Assembly (NCBI GenBank): GCA_036339875.1
Contig: JAYZAC010000145.1
Location: 1 to 30,278 of the forward strand
Direction: 5' to 3'
Source: a bacterium
GTDB taxonomy: Bacteria; Muiribacteriota; UBA6191
Length of the DNA stretch: 30,278 nt
The translations under genes were made by a program, and so were the position numbers. Every line of letters starts with the position of its first letter. Position 1 is the first letter of the stretch. Under the pieces are notes generated by a model. That model searched no databases, was not told the DNA's origin, and saw only the letters and a list, made by a program, of their open reading frames with translations. Positions 26,711 through 30,278 of this stretch are shown here, piece by piece.

Positions 26711-27405
26711 TATGACTCCTTAGTTAGTGGAACTATTGTTTTTACATGATTCTTTTCGATTATTTTGAGCCTGTAATATTTCATAACATAAAACAGTGCT
26801 TCAAAAGGTTTTACGGAATCAAGATGCAAACTAATACTAGAATTTAGCTGATTAGATAGGTTTAGAGGTAAACCGCTTTTATTTATTATTCTCGTTAAAA
26901 CAAGAAATAAGTTCCCGTTATAAACACTCATTTTAAATGCGGGTTCATTCCTATTGATTAATACTTGACGCATATCATTAGTCTTATCACCAAGGTCTGG
27001 AATTGAAGATTCAGATCTTGAAAATACTGCAAAATTAGTTCCATATTGCATTCGTACTCTTCCAGTTTCGTGCACTTCCTCTAAGCATTGATATATATTG
27101 CAATTAGTGAAACTATGAGACATCTTTCGATCTTCTAGATCGAGAATCATAGCATTGAAATCAAAAAACGTTGATATGTCGTATAGTACTCTGGAGATCG
27201 GTTGGTGCTTATAAATTGCCTGAAATTTACGAAGACCTGTAACTCCTCTAGCTTCTAATGAGTTAGAATTATTGGACTGAGTCATTTGACTTTCAGTATT
27301 TAAATTAACTGCAGGATAAATTCTCACCGGTAATGTCGAAATCAACATCAGTAATACAATTATTCGAAGATAATAAATCCCTTTTAGATGACGTTCTAAA
27401 TTCAT
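26707..27405 (-). CDS. Exported protein with two STN/secretin-N0-like domains
   Basis: Hydrophobic N-terminus, then two ~65-aa units (YKHQPISRVLYDI...SHSFTNCNIYQCL; YNGNLFLVLTRIINKSGLPL...SISLHLDSVKPFEALFYV) with the STN pattern. 4-bp convergent overlap with the OMP gene. Confidence 0.55.
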   Translation of the reverse strand: MNLERHLKGIYYLRIIVLLMLISTLPVRIYPAVNLNTESQMTQSNNSNSLEARGVTGLRKFQAIYKHQPISRVLYDISTFFDFNAMILDLEDRKMSHSFTNCNIYQCLEEVHETGRVRMQYGTNFAVFSRSESSIPDLGDKTNDMRQVLINRNEPAFKMSVYNGNLFLVLTRIINKSGLPLNLSNQLNSSISLHLDSVKPFEALFYVMKYYRLKIIEKNHVKTIVPLTKESY

Positions 27406-28823
27406 CGGCTCGATTATACAAAATTAAAGTCATCGAAGAAGTTGGTAAAGTATATTTCTTTTTTAATATCTCAGAATATAGTCAAAATAAAACTTGGAAG
27501 TTAAGTCTTTTTATATCTCCGGGTATCTTTAAAAGTGCCAGAGATATTAATTTCCGTGATTTTTTGAAAAGAACTGTGAAGCAAGAGTTAAAGGGTCTTC
27601 ATTATCCTGAGAAAATTGACATTATACTACCGTATGTTTTGGATGATGATTGCAACACATCTCCACAATTAGCAAGGCAATCACTAAGCAAGGTAGTCGA
27701 TTTGGTTGAAATGATATTACCGAATTGGAATATAGAGGATTTTCAAACAAAGGAATATAAAAATATAAAACAAATCGATACTGATTTTATAGTGAGACCA
27801 ATGGCTACAAATCTATTGGTAATTCTGCTATCACTAATATTTGTAATTCAGACAACTATGACTTTTATAGACCCTGACTTTTTACAAATTGGATGGGTAG
27901 GTGTAAATAGCTTAAACATGGCATTAGGTAATTATATAGGGATTATTGGTGGGACGCTAATTCATGGCAATTTACTACATTTTTTAATGAATTTATTTGC
28001 CTTGTATTACCTAGGTATTCATTTATCGCGGTTTTATAATTTTTCAAGATTCATGTTAATCTATATACTCAGCACCATAGCAGGAGTACTTGGATCATTA
28101 GCTTTTGCTCAAGCAAATTCAATTGGTTCTTCAGGCTCAATCTTTGGACTGCTGGGCGCATTGATGATTGTCTTATGGAATGAAAAGCCCAAGACTGAGA
28201 TTAGCGATTACTGGAACTTTCAGTTTAACTATCTGCTTCGATCACTTTATATTTGCTTAATACTAAGTTTGTTAATTCCAATCATTGTACCTAAGATCGA
28301 TGTTTGGGGCCATCTTGGTGGATTTTTAGGTGGATTATTTATCTCTTTACAGCTCTCGAAAACTAATTGGCGATTCAAGGTGGGCAGCTGGATTATACTT
28401 ATTTTTATATCTGTACCATGGTTATATCAACTACGAGATCAATACACGTGGGCAACTAAAATTCTAGACCAGCGTCAAAATCAAAGGGCTGCCTCTGAAA
28501 GATTAGTTATTGAGATGAATGGTCGCTTATCAGATATTACGCATTACATAAAAATTCTTTTGGATTTCAGAGCGGAAGATGTGCAAGCATTGCACTTACA
28601 GAAAGTCGATACTATGCGTACCAATTTTGAATTTATTAAAAAACAGAAAGAGTTTTTAGGTCAAAATCTTCTGAAACGGTATTTTGATTGTATCGACGAG
28701 GGATTGAATAGTCTTACCGTTCCGAGGAAATCAGGATATGGCCAGAATTGGTTACAAAGATATTCTGAACTGGAGAAACAAGTGATGCAATACTATGGCT
28801 TAGCAAGATCTGAGGAAAATTAG
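27333..28823 (+). CDS. Rhomboid intramembrane serine protease with soluble N- and C-terminal extensions
   Basis: HGNLLHFLMN, catalytic IGSSGSIFG, IDVWGHLGGFLGG; multiple TM segments. The start is uncertain because it overlaps the divergent gene. Confidence 0.88.
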   Translation: MSKSTSVIQLFEDNKSLLDDVLNSSARLYKIKVIEEVGKVYFFFNISEYSQNKTWKLSLFISPGIFKSARDINFRDFLKRTVKQELKGLHYPEKIDIILPYVLDDDCNTSPQLARQSLSKVVDLVEMILPNWNIEDFQTKEYKNIKQIDTDFIVRPMATNLLVILLSLIFVIQTTMTFIDPDFLQIGWVGVNSLNMALGNYIGIIGGTLIHGNLLHFLMNLFALYYLGIHLSRFYNFSRFMLIYILSTIAGVLGSLAFAQANSIGSSGSIFGLLGALMIVLWNEKPKTEISDYWNFQFNYLLRSLYICLILSLLIPIIVPKIDVWGHLGGFLGGLFISLQLSKTNWRFKVGSWIILIFISVPWLYQLRDQYTWATKILDQRQNQRAASERLVIEMNGRLSDITHYIKILLDFRAEDVQALHLQKVDTMRTNFEFIKKQKEFLGQNLLKRYFDCIDEGLNSLTVPRKSGYGQNWLQRYSELEKQVMQYYGLARSEEN

Positions 28824-29734
28824 TGAGCCAAAATCTTAGTCATCACAATACTGTCTTTTTAGAACCTCGATTTAAAACAATCGTAATAATTGTTATTTCC
28901 ACATTCACAGTTTGTTGGATAGTTTCAATAGTATTTGATTATGCGGAGGCCCCAATTCAAGAGCCGCTTCGTAGAAATATAGAACTGATTGAAGATATTA
29001 AACCAGATATTATGGCGAATCCTTTGATCATTAAAAACAATATTGATATGAATGGTACTATCGCCCGTGATGAAAAGCTATTAGGATGGAATGAATTTAG
29101 AGTGCAAAGAAGGTTGGATATTTCAAAACCGAAGGGCTTCCGTTCTGTGTTACAACGTCATGTAAAATTTAATGAAGGGCATGGTTTTTTTCAAATCGTT
29201 GAATTTTCTGATAATTTAGATGCATTTCATTTTTTATGGAATCTACCATCTGATTCAAAGCATGATCGAGGGTTTAAGTATGATAGTTCTCTATGGACAA
29301 TTTCAGGTAGATTTTTGCAAGTTTCGCCAGATAGGGCATTTTCTTCCGCCGGTGAACAGATCAAACTTCATAACGCCATTGCGAGCAACCTTGGTAAGTC
29401 ACTCATGGAATTATCTAATATAAGAGAAACTAAAACGCTATCTTTCGAAAATTTTGAATGGGATAAAAAAAGTCTCGGCAGAGTTTTAAAGTTAGAGTTA
29501 TTTAATCATGAACTATATCTGGCAGATTCAAAAATTTTGGATAGTTTCGATTCAATTTCATACAAAGTACGAAACTATGCACTTGGAGATGTAGAGTTGA
29601 AAAGGGTGATCTCAATAGCTACTAGTCGTACTTTAATCGCAAGGTCAGATGGTGATTATGTTTTGATGAGTTCTGAATTTCCACGAAATCTTGATTTAAT
29701 TCAAAAATATAAAGTGCAAAGACTTTTTCGATAA
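28823..29734 (+). CDS. Hypothetical single-pass membrane protein
   Basis: GTG start overlaps the rhomboid TAG; one TM segment (TIVIIVISTFTVCWIVSIVF) followed by a soluble domain. Confidence 0.65.
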   Translation: MSQNLSHHNTVFLEPRFKTIVIIVISTFTVCWIVSIVFDYAEAPIQEPLRRNIELIEDIKPDIMANPLIIKNNIDMNGTIARDEKLLGWNEFRVQRRLDISKPKGFRSVLQRHVKFNEGHGFFQIVEFSDNLDAFHFLWNLPSDSKHDRGFKYDSSLWTISGRFLQVSPDRAFSSAGEQIKLHNAIASNLGKSLMELSNIRETKTLSFENFEWDKKSLGRVLKLELFNHELYLADSKILDSFDSISYKVRNYALGDVELKRVISIATSRTLIARSDGDYVLMSSEFPRNLDLIQKYKVQRLFR

Positions 29735-29754
29735 GTTGAAAGACTTACAACTTC

Positions 29755-29783
29755 TTGTTCGAATGTTGTGAATTTGTTATATT
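29755..29783 (+). promoter_or_regulatory. Sigma70-type promoter with extended -10 ahead of the thioesterase-topA genes
   Basis: TTGTTC (29755-29760), 17-bp spacer ending in TGn, TATATT (29778-29783). Confidence 0.55.
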
Positions 29784-29792
29784 CTACCGCTT

Positions 29793-30227
29793 ATGTCAGA
29801 TTCCTTAAGTCAGTGCTCAACCCGCATTAAATTTAAGATTCGTTATTCAGAAACTGATCAAATGGGTGTAGCAAATCACGCTCGTTACTTCGATTGGTTC
29901 TCAGAAGGTCGAGTTGCTTGGCTCGAGGAGCGCGGTGAAAGATATTCTGATTGGGAGATGAAGGGTTGGGTGTTACCCGTGATTAATGCTGAGTGTAAGT
30001 ATATAAAGTCATTACGCTTCCAAGAGGTAGTGGAGCTAAACACTCAAGTAACTAAATTCAACTCTCGGAAAGTAGAGTTCAGCTACAAGATACTAAAACC
30101 TAGTCAGAATTTGACCGTTGCGACAGGAAGAACTACTCATGTTTTCATGCATAATGTGAAAATTCGGCAATTAAAGCCGGAATATTACGAAGTGTTTTCG
30201 AGAACACCCACAAGGTTGTATTCATGA
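29793..30227 (+). CDS. Acyl-CoA thioesterase (YbgC/FadM/4HBT hot-dog family)
   Basis: IRYSETDQMGVANHARYFDWFSEGR signature; 144 aa. Confidence 0.92.
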   Translation: MSDSLSQCSTRIKFKIRYSETDQMGVANHARYFDWFSEGRVAWLEERGERYSDWEMKGWVLPVINAECKYIKSLRFQEVVELNTQVTKFNSRKVEFSYKILKPSQNLTVATGRTTHVFMHNVKIRQLKPEYYEVFSRTPTRLYS

Positions 30228-30278
30228 ATTTATTTATAGTCGAATCTCCAGCCAAGATAAAGACGATACGAAAGTTTC
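30224..30278 (+). CDS. topA: DNA topoisomerase I, N-terminal fragment (3'-truncated by the window edge; not in the ORF track)
   Basis: ATG at 30224 (ATGA overlap with the thioesterase stop) reads MNLFIVESPAKIKTIRKF, the canonical TopA TOPRIM start L.IVESPAK.KTI. Confidence 0.9.
   Translation, partial: MNLFIVESPAKIKTIRKF

Noticed and set aside
24724..29423. ORFs 24724..24921 (-) and 29220..29423 (+)
   Set aside because: Nested inside longer, better supported CDSs with no motifs.

Overview
AT-rich bacterial chromosomal window, densely coding and mostly housekeeping, with no tRNA, rRNA, CRISPR array or mobile element seen. The organism is probably a diderm, because it encodes an outer-membrane beta-barrel ending in F and tandem STN-like domains, although its RpoD is short and Firmicutes-like. 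Order: partial rhodanese and a hypothetical protein (+); a convergent ftsE-ftsX-envC-like-ctpA-yibQ-like envelope operon (-); gcvT-glyA-gcvH-lipoate ligase family gene with no gcvP (+); an unannotated 56-aa ORF and a 909-aa Rad50/SbcC(YhaN)-like ATPase; dnaG-rpoD-GAF histidine kinase-degenerate second sigma70-SH3/cyclophilin-uvrB-uvrC (+); a MerR-type HTH gene with a long repeat-containing upstream region and a terminator; several envelope hypotheticals, a rhomboid protease, an acyl-CoA thioesterase and the start of topA. Two candidate novel systems stand out. (1) A membrane-hairpin Rad50-like ATPase paired not with a full Mre11/SbcD/YhaO nuclease but with a stand-alone mini-protein resembling only that nuclease's C-terminal Rad50-binding helices. 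(2) An rpoD - orphan GAF kinase - RpoD-like paralogue cassette, in which the paralogue carries a region-1.1-like domain that the primary RpoD appears to lack and has lost the key promoter-melting and -35-reading residues. All family assignments come from motif recognition by eye; no searches were run.
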